A stretch of DNA of 64,000 nucleotides, from assembly GCA_030141605.1 (NCBI GenBank), contig JAQGDQ010000165.1, positions 310,001 through 374,000 on the forward strand, in the 5' to 3' direction. Below the pieces are notes generated by a model, which saw only the letters and a list, made by a program, of their open reading frames with translations, was not told where the DNA came from and did not search any database. Below, piece by piece: positions 14,601 through 26,251 of the stretch (position 1 is the stretch's first letter; every line of letters begins with the position of its first letter). The position numbers were made by a program, and so were the translations under genes. The DNA comes from Tubiluchus corallicola. Taxonomy: Eukaryota; Animalia; Priapulida.

Positions 14601-17600
14601 CGACGAGGGCACCATTTGTGGCGATCTATACATCAAACGAAAGGTCTCGATCTGTGTCGTCTCATTGGGGGTTTATTTTTGAAATCGGGCCCACCGCGAG
14701 AAAGGGGGGGGCGAAAAACCTCCAAAAATGACCTTTTTTCGGCCGTTTTTTGTAAAAGTTATACGGCTGAGATGCGGAGGACAGGAATGGGCCGAGGGTG
14801 GTGCTGGCTATGGATAGATAGCCCGTTCAGCGATGGGTGTAGTAGGCATATTTAGAATTCCCGAGAGGGCCACGGCGTCCCGCAATGGGAATTTGCCCGG
14901 ACCCAAGTCGCAATTTTTTCGAAATTTTGACCAAACAGCATGCGGAAAAAATGTTCGCCTGGTGAGACTCTCAGAAGGAGATATACGGCTCTTTAGAAAG
15001 AAGAACAGGGCTACACGATGATGTGGGCTATATGTTAGGACAGGTCCACCGAGAGGAGTACCGACGAGTTAATTAGATGTTCTATTTTCGGCAATTTTCG
15101 CTTAGAAAACTGCTGATGCATGCCATTGTTCTGACGTCATCCATTATTGCTTATAGCTTTAATTCAGCAAAAAGCTGCCTGCTGGCTTTGCGTCGAGAGA
15201 GAAAATAAAATAAGTTTGCATTAAGTATAATATTTTGAAAACCAGCAATAGTATTTTATTATTTGATTGAATATTAACCACTAAACGGTTAAAGCTAAGT
15301 TTTATTTGACATATGCAATGTGTATATTATTGTTATGAAGGAAACAAAAATAAAAATATTGTTTGAATTTATGTTTAAAATTAAATTTTAATAATCAGGT
15401 CAAGTTGATCATAGTGCAAAATCAGAATTTTCTTTCGGATAAATTTTGTGGCCCTGAAAAGGGCCAGTTGGTTATTTTAGATACTTTGTCACAGCTTTGG
15501 TGCGCTCACTGACAGCGTGCTAGGATAGTTCCCCAGAAAGGAGGAGGCGTAATGTGTTTGGATTCCTCAGTTGAAGAAATTGTAAACGCATCTACAATTG
15601 TTATGTATGGTTGTCCGTCGTCTGTTGTATGGTTGTTGTCTGTATCTGTTTCTGTTTCTGTGTTGTTGATGTATAATTTGCTGTTGTTCTAATTGTTGCT
15701 GTATGTGTGAAATTCGGTTAAGTTGTGTTTGTACGTGTGCCATGAATTGTGCTATCATTTGTTGCTGCTGTTGTTGTTGTGGTTGTGGATCTGGTTCAAG
15801 TTGTGGTTGTGGTTGTTGTTGTTGTCTATGTTCGTCGTCCGGTCTTCCTTGTATTGCCAAGCCTTCCAGTCTCTGTAACATAGAGATATTTTTGTTAAAA
15901 AAACAAAGATTTTTCAAACAACATGGAAAATTATTCTTTATTTCATTTAGATTCATTTTAAGCCCAACATGTTATTCATAAACTTTAGACTTAAATCAGC
16001 AATTTTAGATATTTCCCTTTGATAATAAATGCTAATGCGTAGGCATAGTGATTGTTAAAATATTTATTACCTTCGTAATATTGATTTTGCCTCCGAACAC
16101 CAAAGCCAAAGTTGCAAATACCAGGATTAAACGCAGCATCTTGACCTTTTTTGAGGTAGCGGTGAACCCGTGCCAATTACGACGCCAGAGTAATGTGGTG
16201 CACGGTTAATTCTGTTTTCTATCCGTCGAAGTGTATAAAACACGACGCTGCTAAGTGCCAAGTTATTAATTGAGTCATAGAATTTTGCAATGTTTTGACA
16301 ATGAATAATAATCGGCTAATTATAATAATAATAAAAGCAAAGGCCCCGCAAAAGATTTTGCGTATAAATACACGTGTAACTATTATTATGGGGAATATTA
16401 GTGAACTATTAGTAGACCTATAAAGTTATTATTTTCACAGCAATTATTAAATTAACATTAAAGGAGATTAAATTTTACTGCCATGTATCCACATTTGAGA
16501 TACCAGTGTCACCTTTGACTTCACATGTGTCTACATTTGACTTACCAAAAACGCTTAAGATTTCTTGAAAACTATTGTTAACACATTTGAACTACCTAAG
16601 TCTACATTTGAGTTAACACAGGTCTACATTTGACATGTAAAACCTATAGTAAGTTTACCTCAAGCTGAGTAAATGTCGCTAAAACATATGATATGAGAAA
16701 CATTCATTTGATAAAACATATGCAAATCCTACTTAACAATTGTATTTTCATACCTTTTACATTATATCATGTCATATCATACGATATTTTTACATTTTGT
16801 TACACCTTAATTCAACGTTTATTTTTTTCTCAGTATGTTCTGCAATATCACTCAAACGTAAGAAAGCCTCATAATGAACGCACGAAGTCAATATTTGCAA
16901 ACAGATTCTTCTTCCGCTATGAAAACAATATTTCGCAAATTAATTAGATAATATTTGCTAATAGTTCACAAAATTTAAGCCAAAGTGGTAATGTACAATT
17001 ATTACAATTATTTGTTATCGACATCACGGTATCTAATGGTTAACGTATAATCTATTATATCAATAATAATAATAATAATAATATTATAATATAAGAATAA
17101 TTATAATAATATAATTAATATAAATTAATATAAATAAATATAATATTAATATAAATTTATAAATATAATTTTTGACATTCGTATATACGGTATCGGAAAT
17201 GATTACTGCTGTCGCGCGACAGATGGCAGCACAATGTCATAATCAACAAGCAAAGAATAAATTACTGACACAAGATTGCAGAAACTCTTGAGATTTCATT
17301 AAAGACAGACATAACCTACTTCTTACAGAAAGTTTACAAATGAGAACTAATACATCTAATGCCCTTTATACTACATTATGTTACAAAGTGTTTCTAAATT
17401 TCATTGCATTTATCTAAACTAGGCCGAAATAAACAAATTTCTTTGGCACTTAAAAATACAATTAATGTACCCGATATTCAATACACCCAACAATTGCTAC
17501 AATAACTGACAAATGAATCCTTGCGTAAAAATACAAGCTGTTAATACTCTGCAGGGATTGGTGAACATATTATATATATTATTATTATTATAATTATATA

Positions 17601-20600
17601 TATATATACATTAATCAGTTGGTTTTTTTACATTGAATAAGATATTAAAAATGCTGTGACATGGCCTTCTAATGTCGTCTAACTCAAAATATGCGTGCTA
17701 ATGTGGACGAAAGGGAATTTGTCTCTTGGCAAATGATGCTTGGTGATGGTAAACATCCAAGAGAGGTGCCTGATCAGCCTAATGCTGTCAAAATACCAAG
17801 AGCGTGTCTGGCTGTATCAGACATTATTACAGAAATTTTTGGACATGAAATACAAAATTCTGAAATGCTAAAAGATAATGTGATTTTAACATCGAAAAAC
17901 GATGTTTGCTTACGAATTAACGAAAACGTATTAACCAGACTTCATGGCATTGCACGCACTTACTTTAGTGCTGATACTATTGCCGAGAATGATCCGGAAC
18001 AGGCAGAAACATATCCAACAGACTATATCAACAAACTGACACCATCAGGTCTACCGCCTCATAAGCTGACGCTAAAGGTGGGTGCAATTGTGATGTTATT
18101 GAGAAATATAGATATACGGCAAGGTTTATGTAATTGTTGCAGATTAATCGTTAGAGAGATGCACGAAAATTTTTTAATTTCTGACAATATTGAAAATTCT
18201 GGCAGAGGTAAGAGGGTGTTTATTCCTCGGGTAACTCTGTCACTGTCAGACACCCAGTTGCCATTTAAAATGACTCGGCGTCAGTTCCCTTGCCGTTTGA
18301 GCTTTGCATTGGCTATTAACAAGAGTCAAGGTCAAACTTTTCAAAAGGTTGGTATCTACTTGCCGAGGCCTGTTTTTACTCATGGACAAATGTATGTAGC
18401 CGTGAGTAGAGTCAGACGCTTTGCAGATCTCAAAATAATGATCGAGGAAACTGCGCAACAAGGTAACTTGTTGAAAAATAGAGATGATGTATTCACGCAA
18501 AACGTAGTATATACAGAAGTACTGTAAAATGCAAAGAAATGCTTACAAACATGTACTAATGGAGCCAAAAGATTGGTATGTACAGTAGTAAAGAGTTTAG
18601 AGCTACATGTTGTTGCCAATCAAGTAAGACAGTTGGTTAGCATTAAAATGTTAGCAAACGATGTGCAAAATGGCGTGATAGAAGTAAAAGGCAAGAAACA
18701 GCTAATTGTGCATTCAGGGGTAGAAATAGCAAGTTTTACAAAAAAACTGATGCAAAACGAATCAGAAAATAAGTCGTCAAATGTTACATTAATGATACTG
18801 CCGTCTTTCTTTAGATATTTTGATTAATAAGAGTGGCCAAAAAGTAGACACTTAAAGATTTGAAACAGCTACATTAAAATTTTGTTCATTTTGAGCTATT
18901 TCGTCCCCGCCCCGAGTGGCTCTGAAAAAAGTGGTTTCTTTATTAAAAGATACTATAATTGTGCATTCATGTATGAGCGTGTATTATTGACCATTCCCTG
19001 GCAAAAAAGCAATTGTTTGAAAAAGAGCACTTCATATTTTGCAACCCTATTCAAATTTCTGTATATTCTTTAATAGTAATATTCTCCATCTTTCTGTCTG
19101 ATGGAGTACATATGTGGCAAGAAAAAATAAATAAATTCAGCAAAAAAATGCTGTGCCACCTCTCCCTGTCAGAAATAAGTGCTGATCTTGTAACAGCTGT
19201 TGCTGTGTTTCATTTTTCTTTAACAATGTCTCTGCAAGTAAAGTGGGCTTCTCGTGAGAAGATACAGGTGACTGGATCTGTTTCTGGTAGGGTGGGTTGA
19301 TTGGCGAGAAGAAAATAAAGCAATTGACGACCAGCACTCTCTGTCAGACAGGTAAGCACAAATCTTGTACCGCTTCAAATCGGGAAACTTTACACCCTCC
19401 CAAAATTTCCGAAACCCTTTTTTTCAATATTTTCCAAATCCACCAAAAATGTGACACACAAACCTGAAAATTTAAAAAACCAAATTAAAACAGAATTCTT
19501 CTGACTTTTCAAATGATGAACAGACGAAGATCAACATAAATATAACATTTTTAAATGAGAATTTTTGAATGTTTGATGTTTTGCTAGCTTGTACACTCGT
19601 TTTTCTTGTTGCTCATGGTCATTGAAAAGCATTTCCAAATTGTACACGTTATTCAAGTGAGTTTCTCATGGGAAATCCGGCAAATTGGATCTCCTCTCTG
19701 ATAGGGTTTGTTTTTTTCGGTGTGAAGAAGAACGTAACTGCTGTGTCACCATGCTCTGTCAGAGGTAAATGCTAATACCTGCATTTTGAGAAGCATTATA
19801 CTCGCCCAGCGTTTCTGAGTGTACGTGTTTCTAAAGGGCAAAATGTTTTATTATTGCGAAACCAGAAACAGATAGGCATAAAAATGTACAGTATATAGCT
19901 TCTCATGGAAAGGGCTAGGGGACATGATCTATCTCTGGTAGGGCATGTTGTTGGCGTAAAAGAATTATCAGCAGTTGCATGCCAGCACTCTCTGTCCAAG
20001 GTATGCGCAAATTCAGCATCGCTTCACATCAAGAAACTTGTTACTCTCCAAACATTTTAAAAAATGTGTGTTTTGGAAAAAAAATGCAAGTTTACAAAAA
20101 ATCAAATAAACTGGTTTAAAAATTTAAGTCAAATTAAACTAGAATCCAGACCGTTCAAATAATTGATAGACGATTTTTGAACCTATGGTATTCTGTCAAT
20201 CTGATTTTTAACAACTTGAAGTTTTAGGTCTTAATTATAGTTAATTTAAAAAATATGTCTTCTATTGAAGTGAGTTTCTTATGCGAAGGCCTGGATATGT
20301 CTCTGATAGGGTGTGTGTTTTTTTGGCAAGAAGAAAATTAAAGTAACTGCCGTGGCCACTGCTCTTTGTCAGAGGTAAGCGCAAATCCATGACCGCTTTA
20401 TATTGAGAAGCTTTACAGCCTCCCGGAATTTCTGCACAATTTAAGAAAAGAAAAAACTGTTTGGTCACGAAACAGTTGCCAAATGGATTTAAAAGTTGTA
20501 ACAAATGCAAACTAATGCAAATAATGCATTTTGCTAGCTTGATCACTAAGCTTTTGTTGTGGATCATAGTCTACAAAATCTGTTAAAAACTATGCCTGCT

Positions 20601-23600
20601 GCTGAAGTTAGCTTCTCGTGGGAAGGTCCCGGAAATGGATCTATCTCTGATGGGGTGCGTACGATGGCGAGCAGAATAGTGAAAAAAAATATCACTAGCA
20701 GTTGCTAGCCAGCACTCTTTGTCAGAATGTAAGCGCAAGTCCCGGTACCGCTTCACATCTAGAAACTTCACATCCTTCAAAAATCTATAAAAACATGTGT
20801 TTTGTTAAAAAATATTTTGAATGCCCACAATAATGCAACAAATATGCCTGACAATCAAAAAAATCAGATTAAAGTCGACTCATGAATGTTCAAATAACGG
20901 GACAGATGAAAATTAACGTAATACATTGCATTTTTGCCAACTTCTTCACTGAACTGCTGGTGTTGCTCACAGTCAAATGAAAATCATGTCTAAAACATAC
21001 ATACCATTGAAGTGAGTTTCTCGTGGGAAGGCTTGGAAAACTGGGATCGCATTCTGATGGGGTGTGTTAATTGGCGGGTAGAAAAATTTTGCATTGCTCT
21101 GTGCCACACTTCTCTGTCAGAGGTAAGCACTAATCCTGCACCACTTCACGCTGAGAAGCTTTACAGCCTCCCAGAACGTGTGTCTTTTTAAAAAAAGGAA
21201 AAAACTGCATGGTCGCAAAACAGGTGGAAATAGATTTAAAAGATGTGTATCAAAATGCAAACTAATGCGAGAAATGCATTTTCCTAGCTTGATCACTAAG
21301 CTTTTGTTGTGCACCATAGTCTACAAAGTCTGTCAAAAACTATGCCTGCTGCTGACGTTAGCTTCTTGTGAGAAGATCCTGGAAATGGATCTATCTCTGA
21401 TAGGGTTCATTAGATGGCGGAAAGAATAGTAAAAAAAAAATAAATGGATGGAGCAATGCCAGTCACCACTCTCAGTCAGAAGTATGCGCTAATCCTGCAC
21501 CGCTTCACGTTGAGAAGATTCACACTCTCTCAAAATTTCTAAATACACGTTTTTAAAAAAAAAATTACAAGGTCAAAAAACATGCTACAAATAGAAATAA
21601 AAGGTACAAAAGCCAAACAAAAATAGAGTCCTAATTGTTGATGTGATGGTCAGGCAAAACTAATTGTAGCTATTTGTAGCCTGGTCATTGAGCTGTTGGT
21701 GTTGTTCATGATCAGTTGAAAAGTACAGCTAAAAATGCCCCTGCTGCGAAAGTGAACTTCTCATAGGGAGGCATGGAGAAACTTGTAATTGGGTGTGTGG
21801 CGAGAAGAATATTTCTTGGAATATTTCCATGTATCCAATTGCTTGCCACCGCTCTCTGTCAGAGTCAAGCGCAAATCCTGTACCACTTCACCATGAGTGG
21901 CTTCATGCCTACCCGGAATTTCTAAAAAAACGTATTTAAAAAAACAAAAATAAAACCATTCGACAAATTGGCTGGAAAGGTTTAAACAGTCAAATGAAAA
22001 ATGGTGACGTAACTTTTCAAATGATGGGCATATAAAAAGGAATTGAACAATTGCATCTTGCCCGACTGATCTTTCTGCTCTTTGAATTGTTAATAGGCAG
22101 TAAATAGCCTCTCATGGGAATGTCTAGGAACTGGATCTGTCTCTGATTTGAGAAAAACGGTAAGTGAGCAGGAGTCAGACGGGGTAAACCTGCCTAGATC
22201 TAAATGCATATTTTGTTGACTGCATTTAGATCTAGCACATTGCAAGCCGTGACAAAAGGTGAGCACTCCCTCTGGCATTATAAGCACTGTTTCAGAAAAT
22301 AACGTTTCGAACAATAATTAATGGAGTTCTTATAGGAAAGCTTTTTCAGAAAGAGGAGGAACTGGACTACATGATGACGAGGGTAACTCAGAAACACTAC
22401 GACCACAGGTGACAAGATTAGAAATAATTGTACGTTTCACTTCAGGTTCCTTACTTACAAAGCTGCATGGTGTGGCTGATATGGTGTGAGTGGTGTGGAA
22501 AGTGTGGATAATGCGGTGGGGTGCTATGGTGTGGGTGGTGTAGTGTAGGTTGTGTGTTCATTTATGCGCAAAATTCTTTTGCGGGGTTTCGCTAGTGTAT
22601 ATATTAATATTCTTGGTATGTTATATATATATATATATATATATAAGAGTCAAGGCTACTCGGAAGGAGATATGGGGCTCTTCAGAAAGAGGAAGAACGG
22701 GGCTACACAGTGATGTGGGCTATGTTTTAGGGCAGGTCCACCGAGAGGAGTACTGGCGAGTTAATTACATGTTCTATTTTCGGCAATTTCGCTTGGAAAA
22801 CTGCTGACGCATGCCATTGTTCTGACGTCATCCATTGTACTCTGCCCATAATCTTATAGCTTTAATTCAGCAAAAAGCTGCTACAGGCTTTGCGTTAGGT
22901 AAGTAGGCAGGATGTTCGCGTATTTTTGAGCACTATGTAGGATGTTCGCGTATTATTGATTACATGTGTACTTATATGCAAAATCTTTTGCGGGGCCTTT
23001 GCTAGTAAATGAATATTTCTATATGAACATTACATAACTTTATTAACCGTTTTCTTCTACCTATTAATTTTTTATTTAACTACTAAAATTATTAGGGATA
23101 ACTAACCATACTGTAGCAGCTAGAGACTAGTTTCTCCTACCCTGACTATACCCACATTACTCAGGTTTAGTCTACGTGTCTGGAATACGAGACTAGCTTC
23201 TTTTAGCTAGACTCTACCCAGATTATTCAGTTAACTCTACATACCAGGAACATGACTAGTTTCTGTTACTCATACTCTACCCAGATTACTCAGGTTAACT
23301 CTACATACCTGGAACATAAGACTAGTTTCTGTTACTCATGCTCTACACAGATTACTCAGGTTAACTCTACATACCTGGAACATAAGCCTAGTTTCTGTTA
23401 CTCAGAATCTACCCAGATTACTCGGGTTAACTCTACATACCTGGAACATAAGACTAGTTTCTGTTACTCATGCTCTACCCAGATTACTCAGGTTAACTCT
23501 ACATACCTGGAACATAAGACTAGTTTCTGTTACTCATGCTCTACCCAGATTACTCAGGTTAACTCTACATACCTGGAACATAAGACTAGTTTATGTTACT

Positions 23601-24547
23601 TATGCTCTACCTAAGTTACTCAGGTTAACTCGATATACCTGGAACATCAGACTAATTCTCTATTCACACTCTACCTAGATTACTCAGGTTAACTCTACAT
23701 ACCTCGAACACAAGACTAGTTTATGTTACTCATACTCTACCCAAGTTACTCAGGTTAACTCTACATATCTGGAACATAAGATTAGTTTCTGTTACTCATG
23801 CTCTACCAAGATTATTCAGTTAACTCTACATATCTGGAACATGAGATTAGTTTCTGTTACTCATACTCTACCCAGATTATTCAGGTTAACTCGACATACC
23901 TGGAACATAAGACTAGTTTCTGTTATTCATGCTGTACCCAGATTACTCAGGTTAACTCTGCATACTTGGAACATAAGACTAGTTTCTGCTACTCATGCTC
24001 TACCCAGATTATTCAGGTTAACTCTGCATACCTCGAGCACAAGACTAGTTTCCGTTACTCACACTCTACCCAGATTACTCAGGGTAACTCTGCATACCTG
24101 GAACGCAAGACTGATTTCTGTTACTCACACTCTACCCAGATTATTCGGTTAACTCTACATACCTGGAACATGCTTAACGTGTCCGAATCCAAGTTTTTGT
24201 AAAAGGTCGTCAACGAAGAAGGTTCGTGGTCGCCCCGAAAAATTCTCTCCTTGTTTTAGGAAAGCTTCGCGTGCTAGCTCGGCATCATTAATTACTATGT
24301 GCAGTTTACTTCCTAAGTAGACACTGAATATTTTCCCGTAAGTCTTAGACAGCTCTGTGAAAAATTCTCCTATATGATTTCCCGCGGACAGTATGGAACC
24401 AATGTAGGGCCATCCAAGAGGGCCAGGTGGTATATTCGAAGGTCTCTTGAGGTACTGCCACAATTTTAGCGCAAGAAGGACACACACGCTAGTTGCTACA
24501 CATTTCAAAATTGTACATCCAAATAAACACGTGTGTTCGGCAGACAT
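8664..24547 (-). CDS. Cytochrome P450, clan 2 (CYP2-like), copy A. Exons 24547-24163, 11639-11285, 10766-10597, 10395-10171, 9203-8988, 8842-8664
   Basis: N-terminal membrane anchor plus PPGP, WKEQR, I-helix [16 protein letters not shown] and heme motif PFSVGRRVCLG. All introns are GT-AG with consistent phases (1,2,1,1,1). Confidence 0.93.
9745..9830. repeat. Imperfect (GAT/GAC)n microsatellite in a CYP intron; paralogous copy at ~27995-28095
   Basis: Direct reading of the sequence. Confidence 0.8.
12095..15193 (+). mobile_element. Four head-to-tail non-autonomous Helitron units: 12095-12921, 12922-13706, 13707-14510 and 14511-~15193 (truncated)
   Basis: ~800-bp repeats joined by exact ...ggggcctttgCTAG|TCtattatattaat junctions. 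Confidence 0.9.
15450..15465 (-). promoter_or_regulatory. Histone-type 3' stem-loop with candidate histone downstream element (~15428-15438)
   Basis: The minus strand reads aaccaact-GGCCCTTTTCAGGGCC-acaaaa...ccGAAAGAAAA, matching the metazoan SLBP-binding stem-loop consensus and its flanks. Confidence 0.8.
15567..16139 (-). CDS. Predicted two-exon 124-aa Gln-rich protein with a signal-peptide-like N-terminus (exons 16139-16071, 15872-15567)
   Basis: ATG...AAG|gtaata and ttacag|AGA join in phase 0 to give [44 protein letters not shown]...[18 protein letters not shown]. No family recognised. Confidence 0.55.
16337..16381 (-). mobile_element. Inverted Helitron 3'-terminal fragment lacking the final TAG
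   Basis: The reverse complement reads tatacgcaaaatcttttgcggggcctttgc, then tttt instead of tag. Confidence 0.75.
17691..18527 (+). pseudogene. C-terminal PIF1-like helicase portion of a Helitron RepHel protein (5'-truncated)
   Basis: Motifs [56 protein letters not shown] and terminal NVVYTEVL. The Rep domain and Walker A are absent, and the usual LCNGTRL reads LCNCCRL. Confidence 0.9.
19095..22150 (+). repeat. Array of 9-10 diverged ~150-170-nt self-complementary (long hairpin) units separated by AT-rich spacers
   Basis: Recurrent blocks GTGAGYTTCTC..GGAAG..GGATCT.TCTCTGATRGGG..TGGC..GCCA..CTCTGTCAGAGGTAAGC..CTTCAC..GAGAAGCTTTAC start at ~19240, 19657, 19896, 20268, 20606, 21010, 21356 and 21750, with partial units at ~19095 and ~22100. 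Confidence 0.85.
22597..23005 (+). mobile_element. Internally deleted Helitron unit supplying the final 3' CTAG, preceded by a variant terminus (gcaaaattcttttgcggggtttcgCTAG, ~22568-22595)
   Basis: Sequence shared with the 3' half of the 12095-15190 units. Confidence 0.8.
23125..24172. repeat. ~61-bp minisatellite (~17 units) at the start of CYP-A intron 1
   Basis: Tandem units. The last unit overlaps the exon-1 donor CCAG|GTATGT on the minus strand. Confidence 0.92.
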
Positions 24548-26251
24548 CGTTGCACGTAACGAATTCAACCTTTCGAAGTTTAATTTATAAAAAAGCGTAG
24601 GTTATTTTCGTATACTAGAAATTCTACTTTTCGTGCTGCACGTTAGCGCCGCCTAACATTCAAAACGAAAGCACGTTCAGAAATATGTGTTTTTTCAACG
24701 ACCACGACGCCTTTCAAAGGGGAGCATCTTGAAAATCAAGTTAGCTTATTTTATAGCTGCCTTCCCCGGGAACAACTTGGCGAATTTTTTTAGCAGTACG
24801 TTGTCTAATTAATGAGTAATTAACTTTTTTGTATCTCACGTGAAACGCCATGGAGCTGCACTTGTGCCTCTCCCGGTGAAAACATTGAACTAGCGAAGCT
24901 CAGGCTGATGATGCAACAGAGGGTACACGCAGCCTGTTGTGATACTGTCGTTCACGCCTGGGCGAAAAATAAAGCTGGTATTACTATATTACAGCATTTG
25001 ACCTTGGTTTGGATAGGTAGTCAGCTGATAGAAGCGGTTTTCATCAAAAGCTATATTTTACTACCGTAGAAAGTTATAGGTCTACTACAGCATATTGTGA
25101 AAATTCTTGTGGCATTAATTGAAAACGTCGTCAGCAATGCAAGCTGCAAAAGTCTGGGCCTCGGTAACAAGTTTTTTTCTTGTAAAACAAGTCCGATATA
25201 GTAACTTCATTCTGCTAGAAGAATTAATGAATTTGTAAACTGAGAAACTCACTGAAGCATAACTTTAATATACTATAAAATATTAGCTGTACACTTATTG
25301 ATTAAACATATATGAACATTTTTAACTTTGTCGTGTTTCAGTTATTTGAATCAGCAAGTTATTTCTGTTTCTCTCATCATTCGAAATATCAACATCAACA
25401 CCTTTGCACAAAATCACCGTGTAGTTACACGCTTTTATCTCAAGAGACTTTTGTTTATTTATTATGATACATTTTATCAAAACTGTATATTTTAAATCTA
25501 AACCATCGTAACAGCTGTACATAAGCCGGCTGGTCGCCATTTTCTATTAATTATGGGAAATTTATAAATATTTTAAAATTAAAATAAAAAATAATAATAT
25601 GCAAAAACAAATATTAGTGTTGTCACAAAATTATAAGTTGTTACCTTTAAGGTTACAGTGTGATTATTGTGATACCTGCATGTACTATACCCAATAACAA
25701 CAGATATTTTTTTTATTTATGACATAATAATGGAAGGTGTACATATGAATACCTATGAATACGAAGTTATTATGATACTGAAGCAGGCGCCAAGTTGCAC
25801 GTCTTTAACCGACCTGAGTGTCAGGCCAGACCAACAGATTTACATGCACTTCATCCCAGGCTAAACATAAATTTAAGGCTAAAATAAAATCACCTACAGT
25901 AGCTTATTAAATGACAAGTTCATATCATCAAATTAAGTTGAAATATTAGCTGAATTTACCAGGCTCATTCATATCAATGACATGAATAAAATAACATGAA
26001 ATTTATTTATAAACATGTAGTGCAAGTTTTAGCCAGGAACAAGGCAGAACGAGTAAATAAATTACAACGCCAAATTCAGAGCGTAAACCAAATACAGAAT
26101 CATGCACATAAGTTTTAATTAACAATTATAATTGCTTCAATAATAACAAAACAAAAGTATTGACCTTCTGTTGCTGATGACCTCTACTGACGTCATTGCT
26201 TATTTTAAGCTTGCAAGTATGATCGAAAATATGATTTTATTTTGTTTTATC

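Larger units (their letters stand above)
12095..23005 (+). mobile_element. Composite Helitron (~10.9 kb) in intron 1 of CYP-A
   Basis: 5' TC start and 3' hairpin GCAAAAtcTTTTGC followed by CTAG. Inserted between A and T with no target duplication. The paralogous empty site (ctatta|taaatga) is at 30641/30642 in CYP-B. Confidence 0.9.

Noticed and set aside
12174-15021. Short ORFs within the ~800-bp Helitron units
   Set aside because: Frames and stops are not conserved among the units and no domain is recognisable.
15703-15981. Cys-rich metallothionein-like ORF on the plus strand
   Set aside because: It is the antisense reading of the CAA/CAG poly-Gln tract. The minus-strand model has splice sites and a 3' processing signal.
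19095-22150. Hammerhead ribozyme or C/D snoRNA identity for the hairpin units
   Set aside because: The units have CTGATRG rather than CTGANGA or RTGATGA, and no correctly placed GAAA core or D box is evident by eye.
23125-24172. CRISPR-like appearance of the 61-bp arrays and the LTR arrays
   Set aside because: The units are contiguous with no unique spacers, no cas genes are present, and the context is eukaryotic.
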